From Bacteroidota bacterium (lineage in GTDB: Bacteria; Bacteroidota; Bacteroidia; UBA7662; CANHCV01), in assembly GCA_947501265.1 (NCBI GenBank), contig CANMVY010000002.1:226859-290858 (forward strand): a stretch of 64,000 bases of DNA, given 5' to 3'. Position numbers and translations under genes: made by a program. The notes beneath the pieces were generated by a model, which saw nothing but the letters and a program-made list of their open reading frames with translations, searched no databases and was not told the DNA's origin. Numbering within the stretch: the stretch's first letter is position 1; each line of letters starts with the position of its first letter. Below are positions 28,413-38,144 of this stretch, in pieces.

Positions 28413-30062
28413 TTAAAACGTTGAGGTTAAGGTAAAACGAAATCCATTGAAGGCAGGTTCAACCCTACAAACGCCGCCGTTGCAAACTACTCCCTGAACT
28501 TGTTTAACGTATCCACCTGCTAAACGGTTTTTTCCAAAATTCACGGCACCAAAAATGGTGTAATAGTGAATCCGTTCGTTTGCTTTTGGGTTCCCATAAT
28601 TCCACATGTCCATAATGGAAAAACTGTATTTTGGTGCAATATTGTACTCCAGCAATCCCCACCACCAAGATCCAAGATCCTGTTGGGTTGACATGTGTGA
28701 TAGCTCCATGCGAAGTGACTTTTTTCGATCAATTTTGTACGTAACGTCGATGTAAGGAGTAACAGCACGAACTAATTTATCGGTAGTATTTCCGTTGGTT
28801 CCTGGTATTTCCTGTTTTTGATAAACCCCAAAATTGTAATTAAGGTATTGAACTCCGTAAACGGCTTTTACTTTCGTTCCAATTTTCGACTTTACCTCGA
28901 GGTACAGCTCTCGGTACAAAAGTTCGTTTCGCAAATCTGTGCTTTGAGCGAAGTTAACGGCGACATCATGTTTTTTATTCAATCGTTTTGAAACATCGAT
29001 TTGAAAGCCTTGCTCACCGATCAATTGGGTTGCAGGTGCGTAACGACTCGGCAATCGGTAAGTATTCATTCGCGCAATGGGAGGTAAAAAGGAAACCAAT
29101 CCATTGTTTAAAATTTCATTGGGAGAAGTTCGGAAATCGAAATGATCGGTTCGTTTGAATTGAGCGGTAACACCAAGACCCGGCTTGGAATAACTCACCG
29201 AACCAAAAAGTACGATGCCGGGTTTGTTCACGAGAATATTTCTCTGCGTATAGCTTACATTCCCAGAGCCATCCACCAAGGTATCAATTTTATTATCGTT
29301 CATGGCTTCACGGGTTTTAATGTTTGCCTCCCCCTGAAAACTAAAATTTTTGTAATCGGCTTGAATTCCACCATTGTAAATCCATACGTTTCTTCGAACA
29401 TCAAATCGTTCCTGAAGCGCTTGTAAATTCACATTATTCAAAATGGTTTGAGCGTCAGAATTATCCATCACCCTGTTTACCACAGAAGTGTAGGCATTGA
29501 ATCTGAAATTTTCACTGATTTCAAATTCCCTTTCGGTGAATACTCCACTGATGGCCGGCTGATAAGTGCCGAATAAAAACTTCTGCTTTCCAGTAAAGGC
29601 TTTCATGCTCCACTTATCTGAAAACTGATATTTTGCCCGCATTCCCATGATAGCATAATCCAAATTTTGACCGCGCTGTTCATACGCTCGAAAGGCAACG
29701 CCCGATCCAAACTGTTCATAGAAATACCCAGCGGTAATATCTAAATTATCCGTTTTCTTTTGCACAAACCAATAACCTAAACCCTGTCCGTTGTAAGCCG
29801 CTTGGGGATTTCTTAAACCACTGTTTTGAAAAAGATCATACCGAATTCCAAAGGTGTAATCGTCATGACGGTAATTCATGGTGAGCCATCCTTCGGTAGA
29901 AGAAAGTTGTTGATAGTACTGAGGTGGAATAACGTTTCCATTGGGAAAAATGGAAGAATCAAGAATGAAAAAGTTTTGGTTAAGTTGTAAATCGCCACTT
30001 AACTGAGCTGAAGATGCAAGTCCAAACCAAAGGAATAGGAAAGAGATGACAATTTTTCTCAT
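28413..30062 (-). CDS. outer-membrane beta-barrel protein (uncharacterised family)
   Basis: Signal peptide ending ASSAQ, alternating amphipathic beta-strand pattern and a C-terminal Phe. It is translationally coupled to the downstream lipoprotein. Confidence 0.55.
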   Translation of the reverse strand: MRKIVISFLFLWFGLASSAQLSGDLQLNQNFFILDSSIFPNGNVIPPQYYQQLSSTEGWLTMNYRHDDYTFGIRYDLFQNSGLRNPQAAYNGQGLGYWFVQKKTDNLDITAGYFYEQFGSGVAFRAYEQRGQNLDYAIMGMRAKYQFSDKWSMKAFTGKQKFLFGTYQPAISGVFTEREFEISENFRFNAYTSVVNRVMDNSDAQTILNNVNLQALQERFDVRRNVWIYNGGIQADYKNFSFQGEANIKTREAMNDNKIDTLVDGSGNVSYTQRNILVNKPGIVLFGSVSYSKPGLGVTAQFKRTDHFDFRTSPNEILNNGLVSFLPPIARMNTYRLPSRYAPATQLIGEQGFQIDVSKRLNKKHDVAVNFAQSTDLRNELLYRELYLEVKSKIGTKVKAVYGVQYLNYNFGVYQKQEIPGTNGNTTDKLVRAVTPYIDVTYKIDRKKSLRMELSHMSTQQDLGSWWWGLLEYNIAPKYSFSIMDMWNYGNPKANERIHYYTIFGAVNFGKNRLAGGYVKQVQGVVCNGGVCRVEPAFNGFRFTLTSTF

Positions 30063-31333
30063 TAGGAAATAAGATCAAAACCGGTGTATGGAACAAGGCA
30101 AGCGGGAATTCGAATTCCTTCCGGCGTTTGGTTGTTTTCTAAAAGGGAAGCCACAATGCGAGGAAGCGCAAGGGCCGAACCATTCAACGTGTGAACCAAT
30201 CGGGTTTTCCCATCTTCTCCTTTGAATCGGCACTGAAGGCGATTGGCTTGGAACGACTCGAAATTGGAAACAGAACTCACTTCAAGCCAACGCTCTTGGG
30301 CCGCAGAATATACTTCCATGTCATAGGTCATGGCCGACGCAAAGCCCATATCTCCACCACACAACAATAGTGTTCGGTAGTGCAATCCCAATTTCTCCAA
30401 CAATCCAGAGACGTAATTTCTCATTTCCTCCAGCCGTTGGTAGGAATTTTCAGGATGATCCACCACCACAATTTCAACCTTATCAAACTGATGCAAGCGA
30501 TTCAACCCTCGAACATCTTTTCCATAACTACCTGCTTCACGACGAAAGCAAGGAGTATAGGCGGTAAGTTGAATGGGAAAATCGGCTTCTTTTAAGATGG
30601 TATCTCGGTAAATATTGGTCACAGGAACTTCAGCGGTGGGTACCAAGTAAAGGTTGTCCAAACCGATGTAATACATTTGCCCCTCTTTGTCGGGTAACTG
30701 ACCGGTTCCATATCCCGAATCTTCGTTCACTACAATGGGTGGTTGAACTTCTTGAAATCCTGCCTTTTCAGCTTCATCCAAAAAGAAATTGATCAAGGCA
30801 CGTTGCAAACGAGCACCTTTCCCTTTGTACAGCGGAAACCCTGCGCCGGCAATTTTCACTCCCGTTTCAAAATCAATCAAATCGTACTTTTTTGCTAAAT
30901 CCCAGTGTGGAATAGAACCTTCTGGAACGATTGGTAAGCCAGGCATGGCAAAAGCAATTTCATTTTCTTCAGGTGTTTTTCCAGTTGGAACTCGTTCTGC
31001 TGGAGCATTCGGAATGGTTAAAAGGATTTGTTTAATTTCCAATTCTTTGGAACTCTTATTTTCTTCAATGTCCTTCGAGGTCAACTTCAACTGAGCAACT
31101 TCCTGCTTTGCTGCTTCCGCTTCTTCCTTTTTCCCATCTTTCATCAACGCACCAATGGATTTAGCCAATTCATTTTGTCGGGCGAGATTGGTATCCAATT
31201 GCAATTGAATGGCTTTTCGTTGATCATCCAAAGCGATGACTTGATCTAAATCAGCAGAAAAATCTTTGGATCGGCGAGCAAGTCGGGCTGCGATGAGGTC
31301 TTTTTGTTCTCGAATGTTGCGAATATCTAACAT
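30062..31333 (-). CDS. serS: serine--tRNA ligase
   Basis: 423 aa with an N-terminal coiled coil and the class II aaRS motifs of SerRS. Confidence 0.95.
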   Translation of the reverse strand: MLDIRNIREQKDLIAARLARRSKDFSADLDQVIALDDQRKAIQLQLDTNLARQNELAKSIGALMKDGKKEEAEAAKQEVAQLKLTSKDIEENKSSKELEIKQILLTIPNAPAERVPTGKTPEENEIAFAMPGLPIVPEGSIPHWDLAKKYDLIDFETGVKIAGAGFPLYKGKGARLQRALINFFLDEAEKAGFQEVQPPIVVNEDSGYGTGQLPDKEGQMYYIGLDNLYLVPTAEVPVTNIYRDTILKEADFPIQLTAYTPCFRREAGSYGKDVRGLNRLHQFDKVEIVVVDHPENSYQRLEEMRNYVSGLLEKLGLHYRTLLLCGGDMGFASAMTYDMEVYSAAQERWLEVSSVSNFESFQANRLQCRFKGEDGKTRLVHTLNGSALALPRIVASLLENNQTPEGIRIPACLVPYTGFDLIS

Positions 31334-31380
31334 GGATTCCGGTTATCTTACAAAGTTACTTTTTTGCATGGAATATGCCA

Positions 31381-31412
31381 AAAAAAAAGTCCTAACCGAA
31401 GTTAGGACTTTG
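31381..31412 (-). terminator. rho-independent terminator downstream of tRNA-Pro
   Basis: Minus-strand hairpin aaagtcctaac-ttcg-gttaggacttt followed by a T-run. Confidence 0.5.
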
Positions 31413-31422
31413 TAACTGTTCG

Positions 31423-31496
31423 TCGGGGTGGCAGGATTCGAACCTACGACCTCCTGCTCCCAAAGCAGGCGCGATACCGGGCTACGCTACACCCCG
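31423..31496 (-). tRNA. tRNA-Pro (anticodon TGG)
   Basis: The reverse complement folds as a cloverleaf: acceptor CGGGGTG/CACCCCG, anticodon stem CCTGC/GCAGG with loop TTTGGGA, T-arm GTAGG-TTCGAAT-CCTGC. No encoded CCA. Confidence 0.85.
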
Positions 31497-31511
31497 AACG
31501 TTTAGGGTGTG

Positions 31512-31519
31512 CAAAGATA
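31512..31519 (-). promoter_or_regulatory. Bacteroidota-type -7 box (TATCTTTG) for tRNA-Pro
   Basis: TAnnTTTG consensus on the minus strand about 16 nt upstream of the tRNA 5' end, with an upstream TTG. Confidence 0.4.
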
Positions 31520-31536
31520 AAAAAAATTCAGAAAAG

Positions 31537-32625
31537 TCAACCCTTTTCAACCAATTTTTTTATTCGATCCAAGACCGTAGATGGTTTTAAGTACTGCATG
31601 CACGACTTACCTTGGGAGCAAGTTCCTGCATAAAAACAGGTACAATCGTGCTCTGGCTCAACAAGAAACCCATTTCCAAAAAGATCGAATTCGTGCTTAT
31701 TGAAAATGTTATTCATTAGTACAATTTTTTTCTGCAAACCCAAAGCCAGGTGCATGGACATGCTCACTTGAGTAACTACAACATCGCACTGATCCATCAA
31801 ATTGATGTATTGCTGAAGCGAAAAGTGTCCCAAATACATGGCTCCGGTTAACTTTTGCAACTCTAAGTTATTTGGATGCTCTTGCTCTCCACCCAAAAGA
31901 AGTGGCTGAAAACCTGCATTTTCAATTTCCCGACAAAGTTCCACCCAATTTTCATTGTCCCACAGTCGTGTTGGCCAACGGGCTCCAACTCCAGTGTTCA
32001 ATCCAACAATGGGTTTCTTCCCATTCAAAGTCGGCCATTCGTAACCTTTGTTGGAATGATTATCGAGCAAATACTTTTCCCCGGCATATTCCAGTCCACA
32101 AATGGCAAAAATTTCTTGACAATAACTGAGCGTATTGGCTTTGCTCACATCATCGAACAAACCCGTATGGTATTTGTGGTAAGCTTTGGGATCGATGGGT
32201 TGAACTACATTTTTTTCTAAGATGAAACCAAATTTTTGGTCGGATGAAATGCGTTTCAAAAGTGATCCAGCTTCCTTGTCTTTATCCAAATTGATGGCCA
32301 CATCGAAATGACATCCTTCCAAATAAACGATAGATTTTAGGTCAAAAGGCAAGATTTCTTCAATTTCTGATGCTGGTAAAATGGCGGGACTCAACGTGAG
32401 CCAAGTGATTTTACAGCCGGGATACCGTTGACGCATTCTGGTTACCAACGGAGTGGTACGAATTACATCGCCCAATGCTCCGAGTTTAATGATGAGTATG
32501 CGTTGGGAAACGGGATCGTAATCGTTACAATTGCCGCAATGAGCTCCTGTTTTTTTATGAGGCTTACAAGGGAGGTCACCGCGCAAGTGTCGGCAATCGG
32601 CATGGTAAAAATCGGGCTTATTCAC
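31537..32625 (-). CDS. family 9 glycosyltransferase (heptosyltransferase-like) with Cys-rich terminal extensions
   Basis: GALGDV and hallmark GT9 segments. There are four Cys in the first about 35 aa and four in the last about 30 aa. Confidence 0.75.
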   Translation of the reverse strand: MNKPDFYHADCRHLRGDLPCKPHKKTGAHCGNCNDYDPVSQRILIIKLGALGDVIRTTPLVTRMRQRYPGCKITWLTLSPAILPASEIEEILPFDLKSIVYLEGCHFDVAINLDKDKEAGSLLKRISSDQKFGFILEKNVVQPIDPKAYHKYHTGLFDDVSKANTLSYCQEIFAICGLEYAGEKYLLDNHSNKGYEWPTLNGKKPIVGLNTGVGARWPTRLWDNENWVELCREIENAGFQPLLLGGEQEHPNNLELQKLTGAMYLGHFSLQQYINLMDQCDVVVTQVSMSMHLALGLQKKIVLMNNIFNKHEFDLFGNGFLVEPEHDCTCFYAGTCSQGKSCMQYLKPSTVLDRIKKLVEKG

Positions 32626-32642
32626 AGTAAATATTTATCAAA

Positions 32643-33131
32643 TTAGGGCTGAACGTACCAAAGAAAGTCGGGTTCTTGTTGTGCCGCCTCCATCCACGAA
32701 CGAGCTTCTGGATAGTGGAAGGCGGCAATTCCACCGGGTTGAAAAGAAAGAATAGGAGTTTGGGTGCTCAGCATTCCTGCCAAATTAGAAATTCCCGGAT
32801 TATGGGCAACCACCAACAAATGGTTGGCCTCTGGATTGGCCTCCATGATGCAAAAAAATATTTGATCCGGAGAGGCATTCACCAGTCGTGTTTCGAATTC
32901 AATGATTTCATGTTTTAAACCCATTCCATGAACTAAAATTCCAGCCGTTTTTTGGGTGCGCTCGGTTGGTGAACACAGAACCAAATCAAACTGAATGGCC
33001 TTTTCTAGAAGCAATTGAGCTTCTTGCGCAATATCTGTCTCCCCTTTCTCCGATAACTTCCGAGAAAAGTCGGTCTGACCCATTTCTGCAGAAAGGGCTT
33101 GTCCATGACGCATTAAATAAAGGGTTCTCAA
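32643..33131 (-). CDS. phosphohistidine phosphatase SixA-like (histidine phosphatase superfamily)
   Basis: An LYLMRHGQA catalytic RHG motif sits close to the N-terminus. A probable TTG start at 33131; the ORF-track start at 33269 would overlap the divergent PAP2 gene. Confidence 0.65.
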   Translation of the reverse strand: MRTLYLMRHGQALSAEMGQTDFSRKLSEKGETDIAQEAQLLLEKAIQFDLVLCSPTERTQKTAGILVHGMGLKHEIIEFETRLVNASPDQIFFCIMEANPEANHLLVVAHNPGISNLAGMLSTQTPILSFQPGGIAAFHYPEARSWMEAAQQEPDFLWYVQP

Positions 33132-33168
33132 AATTAGGTTTTGAACAAAAGTAAGTACATTTGCTTCA

Positions 33169-33777
33169 ATGCACCAAAAAAGCGTTTCAATTTTCTTGAC
33201 TGCTTGGTTTGCCTTGTGGTTACTTGCCCTCATTACATGGGGCAACGAGTCCATTTTTCTTTTTTTCAATCACCTCTTCTCCCCTATTCCTTCGTTTTGG
33301 AAATGGATTACTTATTTAGGAGAAGGTTGGATGATTGGTATTCTATCCATTCTATTGATGTTTTGGAAAGGCTGGAAACAAGGATTGTTTTTGGGCCTCG
33401 CACCTACGGTTGCGGGGTTGGTTGGTCAGTTTTTCAAAAGAGTTATTTTCCCAGAAAGTGATCGTCCAAAATTGTATTTTGAAAAAATACATCAAGTTAT
33501 TCAATTGCCGAGCGACGTTGAGATGAATTTGCATCATTCCTTTCCATCTGGCCACACCATTGGTGCATTTGCTTTTTTTTATCTTTTAACTTCCCTTGCT
33601 CCTTCAAAAACAGCAACTTTCCTTTTGCTTTTTTTAGCTACTATGGTAGGATTTTCTCGCATTTTTCTTGCTCAACACTTTCCATTGGATGTCGTTGTTG
33701 GATCGTTCATCGGTGTATTGATTGCCGAAATTTGGAAGCGAATCATTCCCCAGAAGTGGGTTGTGAACAACGCGTGA
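33169..33777 (+). CDS. PAP2 family phosphatase (membrane acid phosphatase)
   Basis: KxxxxxxRP-like FPESDRPK, SFPSGHT and SRIFLAQHFPLD motifs within a polytopic membrane protein. Confidence 0.8.
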   Translation: MHQKSVSIFLTAWFALWLLALITWGNESIFLFFNHLFSPIPSFWKWITYLGEGWMIGILSILLMFWKGWKQGLFLGLAPTVAGLVGQFFKRVIFPESDRPKLYFEKIHQVIQLPSDVEMNLHHSFPSGHTIGAFAFFYLLTSLAPSKTATFLLLFLATMVGFSRIFLAQHFPLDVVVGSFIGVLIAEIWKRIIPQKWVVNNA

Positions 33778-33799
33778 AAAGGCAAAAAACTTTTCCGCT

Positions 33800-33807
33800 T
33801 ACCTTTG
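33800..33807 (+). promoter_or_regulatory. Bacteroidota-type -7 box (TACCTTTG) for tkt
   Basis: TAnnTTTG 19 nt upstream of the tkt ATG at 33826. Confidence 0.4.
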
Positions 33808-33825
33808 CAAAAAATTCCCTTTTTC

Positions 33826-35769
33826 ATGTCGAATTCCATCGATTTTCAAGTGATCAATGAAGTAAAAGGATTGATCATGGACGCCACCCGCAGCGCCAAT
33901 TCTGGACACCCCGGTGGGGCCTTTTCCTCTGCCGATTTTGTGAGTATCCTCCACATGGATTATTTGCGATTTGCTCCCAAATACCCAAAATGGCATAACC
34001 GAGATCGATTTATTCTTTCTGCAGGGCATGAATCCATGCTGCAATATTCCATGCTGCACTTGATGGGATTGTTGGAAATGAAAGAAATTAAAAACTTCCG
34101 ACAGCTGGGCAGTTTAACTCCAGGACACCCAGAGGTTCACCTTACTCCAGGCGTAGAAGCCACCACTGGGCCATTGGGCCAAGGCATTTCCATGGCTGTT
34201 GGTATGGCGATGGCTGAAAAGCATCAAGAAGCGGTTTTAGGAAAAGAAATTCTTAAAAATAAGGTCTACGTTTTGGTGGGAGATGGCGACCTGCAAGAAA
34301 GCGTAGCTATCGGAACCGCTGCCATTGCCGGTCACCAAGCGTTGGATAATTTGGTGGTGTTTTACGATAAAAACGACATCCAAATTTCGGGAAAAACATC
34401 AAGGTCAGATTCCACCAATTTCGAGTTGCTGTTTCAAGCCATCGGTTGGGAAGTTCGAACCATTGATGGACACGACCATGCAGCCATTCGGGCTTGCTTG
34501 GATCATGCTCAAACGCAGCGATCTCAGCCTTTACTCATTATTGGAAATACCACCATTGCGAAGGGAACTGCATCCATGGAAGGATCGCACAAAACCCACG
34601 GGGAGCCCCTAAAACCTGAAGAAATTGCAGCAACCAAATCCAAATTAGGATTGGATCCGGATCAATTCTTCCAAGTATCAGAATCGACTTACCAGCGCTT
34701 CTCCAGCCACTTCAATGTTTTCAACGAAGAAGCAGAGCGCTGGATCCAAGCCTACCAAAATCACCCAAAAGTTGCTTCCCTTTTCTCGGCAGTACCTGAA
34801 ATGAAAATGGATTTTCCTGTTGGAGAAAGCATGGCAACCCGCAAAGCGTTTGGAATGGTTTTGGAACTAGCCGCCGATGTTGCCCCCAATTTAATGGGAG
34901 GTTCGGCCGATTTAGAACCCTCCAACAACACCGAGGGATTTGCCAAAAAAGTGGGTGAATTCACCAAAGAGAACCGATTGGGCCGAAACATTGCTTTCGG
35001 TGTTCGCGAATTTTCAATGGCTTGCATTCAAAACGGAATGTCGCTTTATGGCGGAATGCATTCGTTTGGGGCAACGTTTTTAACCTTTGCTGATTATTCT
35101 CGAAATGCAATCCGCATGAGTGGGATTCAAGAAATTCAAACCTTGCACGTTTTTACCCACGATTCGTTTTTTGTTGGTGAAGATGGCCCCACCCACCAAC
35201 CCATCGAACACCTGATGAGTTTGCGCGCCATCCCTAATTTATTGGTTTTCCGCCCAGCTGATGCGCGCGAAACCTTGGCCTGCATGAACCAATATTTCAA
35301 AGAAACCCATCGGCCAAGTTTAATTGCTTTGACTCGTCAAAACGTACCAACTTTAGAAGGTTCTGTTGCCATTGAAAAAGGAGCATTCATTAAGTTTGAA
35401 ACAAAACCGGGACACAATGCAGATGCCATTGTTTTTTCAACCGGTTCGGAAGTTCACGTTGCCATTGAAGCCGCTCAAAAGTTAGATTTCGCTGGAAATA
35501 TTCGAGTGGTCTCTATCCCATGTTGGGAGCTTTTCTGGGAACAGAATGAGGTTTACCGCAACGAAATCCTATCTCCAGCCACTTCAAAAAGAATTTCTAT
35601 TGAAGCAGGTTGCACCTTAGGCTGGCAGAAATTTACAGGCATGAACGGTTTGAACATTGGCCTCGACACGTTCGGAGCCTCTGGACCCGGAAACGTATTG
35701 GCTGATTATTTCGGATTTACCCCAGAAAAAGTTGCTCAGAAAATGGCCCAATTTCTCCAAATCGGATGA
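33826..35769 (+). CDS. tkt: transketolase
   Basis: SGHPGG and GDGDLQE thiamine diphosphate motifs. The mature start is at the internal Met. Confidence 0.95.
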   Translation: MSNSIDFQVINEVKGLIMDATRSANSGHPGGAFSSADFVSILHMDYLRFAPKYPKWHNRDRFILSAGHESMLQYSMLHLMGLLEMKEIKNFRQLGSLTPGHPEVHLTPGVEATTGPLGQGISMAVGMAMAEKHQEAVLGKEILKNKVYVLVGDGDLQESVAIGTAAIAGHQALDNLVVFYDKNDIQISGKTSRSDSTNFELLFQAIGWEVRTIDGHDHAAIRACLDHAQTQRSQPLLIIGNTTIAKGTASMEGSHKTHGEPLKPEEIAATKSKLGLDPDQFFQVSESTYQRFSSHFNVFNEEAERWIQAYQNHPKVASLFSAVPEMKMDFPVGESMATRKAFGMVLELAADVAPNLMGGSADLEPSNNTEGFAKKVGEFTKENRLGRNIAFGVREFSMACIQNGMSLYGGMHSFGATFLTFADYSRNAIRMSGIQEIQTLHVFTHDSFFVGEDGPTHQPIEHLMSLRAIPNLLVFRPADARETLACMNQYFKETHRPSLIALTRQNVPTLEGSVAIEKGAFIKFETKPGHNADAIVFSTGSEVHVAIEAAQKLDFAGNIRVVSIPCWELFWEQNEVYRNEILSPATSKRISIEAGCTLGWQKFTGMNGLNIGLDTFGASGPGNVLADYFGFTPEKVAQKMAQFLQIG

Positions 35770-37220
35770 ATCCACTCTTACTAGCCTCGGTTTTAGGAAT
35801 TTATTTCCTGGTTCTCTTTTGGGTTAGTCTTCGAACGGCCAAAGGGACCGACAATCAGGGCTATTTTGTTGGAAATAAAAATTCATCGTGGTGGTTGGTT
35901 GCCTTTGGAATGATTGGCACCTCCCTCAGTGGGGTAACTTTCGTTTCGGTTCCGGGTGGAGTTGCCAAAGGAGGATTCACCTACATGATGGTGGTTTTGG
36001 GGTTCTTTTTGGGATATTTTGCAGTGGCCTACATTTTGTTGCCCCTGTATTATCGCTTGAACGTAACCAGCATTTACCATTACCTCAAAGAGCGTTTCGG
36101 AACCCTCCCATACCAAACCGGAGCAACGGTTTTTATCATCAGCCGAACTTTGGGAGCGACTGCTCGACTTTATTTGGTTATTGCCATTCTTCAAACATTC
36201 ATTTTTAACGATTTAGGACTGCATTTTGCGGCAACATCCATCATTATTCTACTCATGATTTTGGCTTACACCTTCAAAGGAGGAGTCAAAACCATTATTT
36301 GGACCGATACGCTTCAAACATCGCTTATGCTTCTTGGGTTGGTGGCGTGTACCCTTTTTGTGGGCGGCAAATTGAACAACCCAGCTCCCATTTGGAATCA
36401 AATCAAATCAGTTCATTTAGATTTCTGGATTAATACCGATTACCACACTCCTTCATTTTGGGTAAAGCACTTGCTTGGCGGATTCTTTACGACCATTGCT
36501 ATGACTGGTTTGGACCAAGAAATGATGCAAAAAAACATTTCGGTTAGAACCTTGAAAGACTCCCAAAAGAACATGTTGGTTTTTGCCACTACCCTATTGT
36601 TTGTCAATTTCCTTTTTGTTTTTTTAGGTGCTATTTTAACCATTTACGGAACAGAACTGGGGATCAATGCGAGCGGAGATACGCTCTTTCCTACCGTTGC
36701 TCTTCAGCATTTGCCACCCATTTTTGGATTGATCTTTTTGGTGGCTTTGGTCTCGGCCTTATTTCCAAGTGCCGATGGCGCCATTACTGCCCTTACCGCT
36801 TCCTTTTGCATCGATCTATTGCAATTCAACCATAAAAATTACACAGAAGAACAGAAAACTAAAATTCGCAGATGGGTTCATTTGGGATTCACCGCGTTAT
36901 TCTTTGTTTGTTTGCTGGCATTTTATCAAATCGACAACAAAACCATCATTGATTTGATCATTAAAATTGCTGGATTTACCTACGGCCCTCTTTTAGGTTT
37001 ATTCGCTTTTGGAATTTTCACAAAGCGAATTCTCTCGCCTGTTTTCGCACCCATTATGGCCATTTTGAGCCCAGGAATTTGCTATTTTCTCTCTGACATT
37101 TTAGCTAAAAAATTAGATCTTTTGAGCGGCTATCAATTTGGTTATGAAATTTTGTTGATCAATGCCGCAATAACCTTCTTGGGATTGTGGATAGGCAGCA
37201 AAAAAAGCCTTGCAACCTAA
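35766..37220 (+). CDS. sodium:solute symporter family transporter
   Basis: 484 aa with about 13 TM helices and an SSS family pattern. Confidence 0.8.
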   Translation: MNPLLLASVLGIYFLVLFWVSLRTAKGTDNQGYFVGNKNSSWWLVAFGMIGTSLSGVTFVSVPGGVAKGGFTYMMVVLGFFLGYFAVAYILLPLYYRLNVTSIYHYLKERFGTLPYQTGATVFIISRTLGATARLYLVIAILQTFIFNDLGLHFAATSIIILLMILAYTFKGGVKTIIWTDTLQTSLMLLGLVACTLFVGGKLNNPAPIWNQIKSVHLDFWINTDYHTPSFWVKHLLGGFFTTIAMTGLDQEMMQKNISVRTLKDSQKNMLVFATTLLFVNFLFVFLGAILTIYGTELGINASGDTLFPTVALQHLPPIFGLIFLVALVSALFPSADGAITALTASFCIDLLQFNHKNYTEEQKTKIRRWVHLGFTALFFVCLLAFYQIDNKTIIDLIIKIAGFTYGPLLGLFAFGIFTKRILSPVFAPIMAILSPGICYFLSDILAKKLDLLSGYQFGYEILLINAAITFLGLWIGSKKSLAT

Positions 37221-37253
37221 CTTTTCTTCCTTATTTTTGTAAAAAAAATACCA

Positions 37254-37469
37254 ATGAAAACTTCAACTCCTTGGATTGTAACCATTATTACGTGCATTAC
37301 TGTACTAACTTTCATCGTATTATCGGCGATGGATCCTCAGAAGTATTTCCAACAGAGCTATAATGGAAACTACACTTGGCCATTGATTATCATGGTTTTG
37401 GGATTTGCAGCTAGCTATTTTATTGCACAAGGCGCATACAAGAGCATCAAAGAAAAAAATAACAAATAA
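37254..37469 (+). CDS. small 2-TM membrane protein
   Basis: 71 aa with two hydrophobic helices, immediately downstream of the symporter and followed by a strong terminator. Confidence 0.45.
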   Translation: MKTSTPWIVTIITCITVLTFIVLSAMDPQKYFQQSYNGNYTWPLIIMVLGFAASYFIAQGAYKSIKEKNNK

Positions 37470-37489
37470 TCTGTTAGAAAGAAATTCAA

Positions 37490-37518
37490 GGCTTCCTCAG
37501 TGAGGAAGCTTTTTTTTT
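37490..37518 (+). terminator. rho-independent terminator
   Basis: gcttcctca-g-tgaggaagc perfect 9-bp stem followed by T9. Confidence 0.65.
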
Positions 37519-37520
37519 GT

Positions 37521-38144
37521 ATGGAAAGACCTTATATCATCGGTATTACAGGATGCAGTGCATCGGGAAAAACTTCCTTTGTGCACCGCTTAAGAGATAT
37601 TTTCTCAAAAAATGACCTTTCTGTAATTTCTCAAGACAATTATTACAAACCCTTGGATTTCCAGCCTCGGGATTCAGAAGGGCATCCGCATTTCGATTTG
37701 CCTGAAAGCATCGACATGGTTCGCTTCCAAAACGACTTGAATTCCATCAAATCTGGACAACAAGTTTCCTATTTGGAATACACATTCAACAATAAAGATG
37801 CTGAACCCAAAACCATTGTGGTTAACCCTTCTCCCATCATCATCATGGAAGGATTATTTATTTTTCATAATGAAGAAATCAGGAACAATCTCGACTTGAA
37901 AATTTACATCGACTCTACCGAGGAAGTGATGTGGGAACGAAGATTGAAAAGAGATCAAGCCGAACGAGGACTGGAAGCCGATTGGTTGGTGTACCAATGG
38001 AACAATCATGTATTACCCAGTTACAAAGAATTCTTAGAACCGTACAAATACGAAGCCGACCTAGTTATACACAACATCAAAAGCTACGACTTGTGCCTTC
38101 AAATGGTCATCGACCATCTCACAGCTCATCTAAAACGAGGATAA
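37521..38144 (+). CDS. udk: uridine kinase
   Basis: The IIGITGCSASGKTS P-loop is the udk signature. The start is placed at the Met downstream of the terminator. Confidence 0.9.
   Translation: MERPYIIGITGCSASGKTSFVHRLRDIFSKNDLSVISQDNYYKPLDFQPRDSEGHPHFDLPESIDMVRFQNDLNSIKSGQQVSYLEYTFNNKDAEPKTIVVNPSPIIIMEGLFIFHNEEIRNNLDLKIYIDSTEEVMWERRLKRDQAERGLEADWLVYQWNNHVLPSYKEFLEPYKYEADLVIHNIKSYDLCLQMVIDHLTAHLKRG

Noticed and set aside
31876-32220. Plus-strand ORFs of 85 and 114 aa inside the GT9 gene
   Set aside because: They are antisense to a CDS with clear GT9 motifs, and their translations have no recognisable features.
33141-33555. ORFs overlapping the SixA / PAP2 divergent junction
   Set aside because: They are alternative frames of the two supported genes, with no motifs and no intergenic space of their own.
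37500-37520. ORF-track start of udk at 37500
   Set aside because: That ATG lies inside the stem of the terminator hairpin (gcttcctca-g-tgaggaagc plus T-run). The start was reassigned to the next Met (37521), which directly precedes the IIGITG P-loop.
37931-38143. Long N-terminal extension of the CoA-transferase ORF overlapping udk
   Set aside because: The out-of-frame overlap with a well-supported udk is best explained as read-through of the frame. The conserved CoA-transferase N-terminus begins at the Met at 38144.
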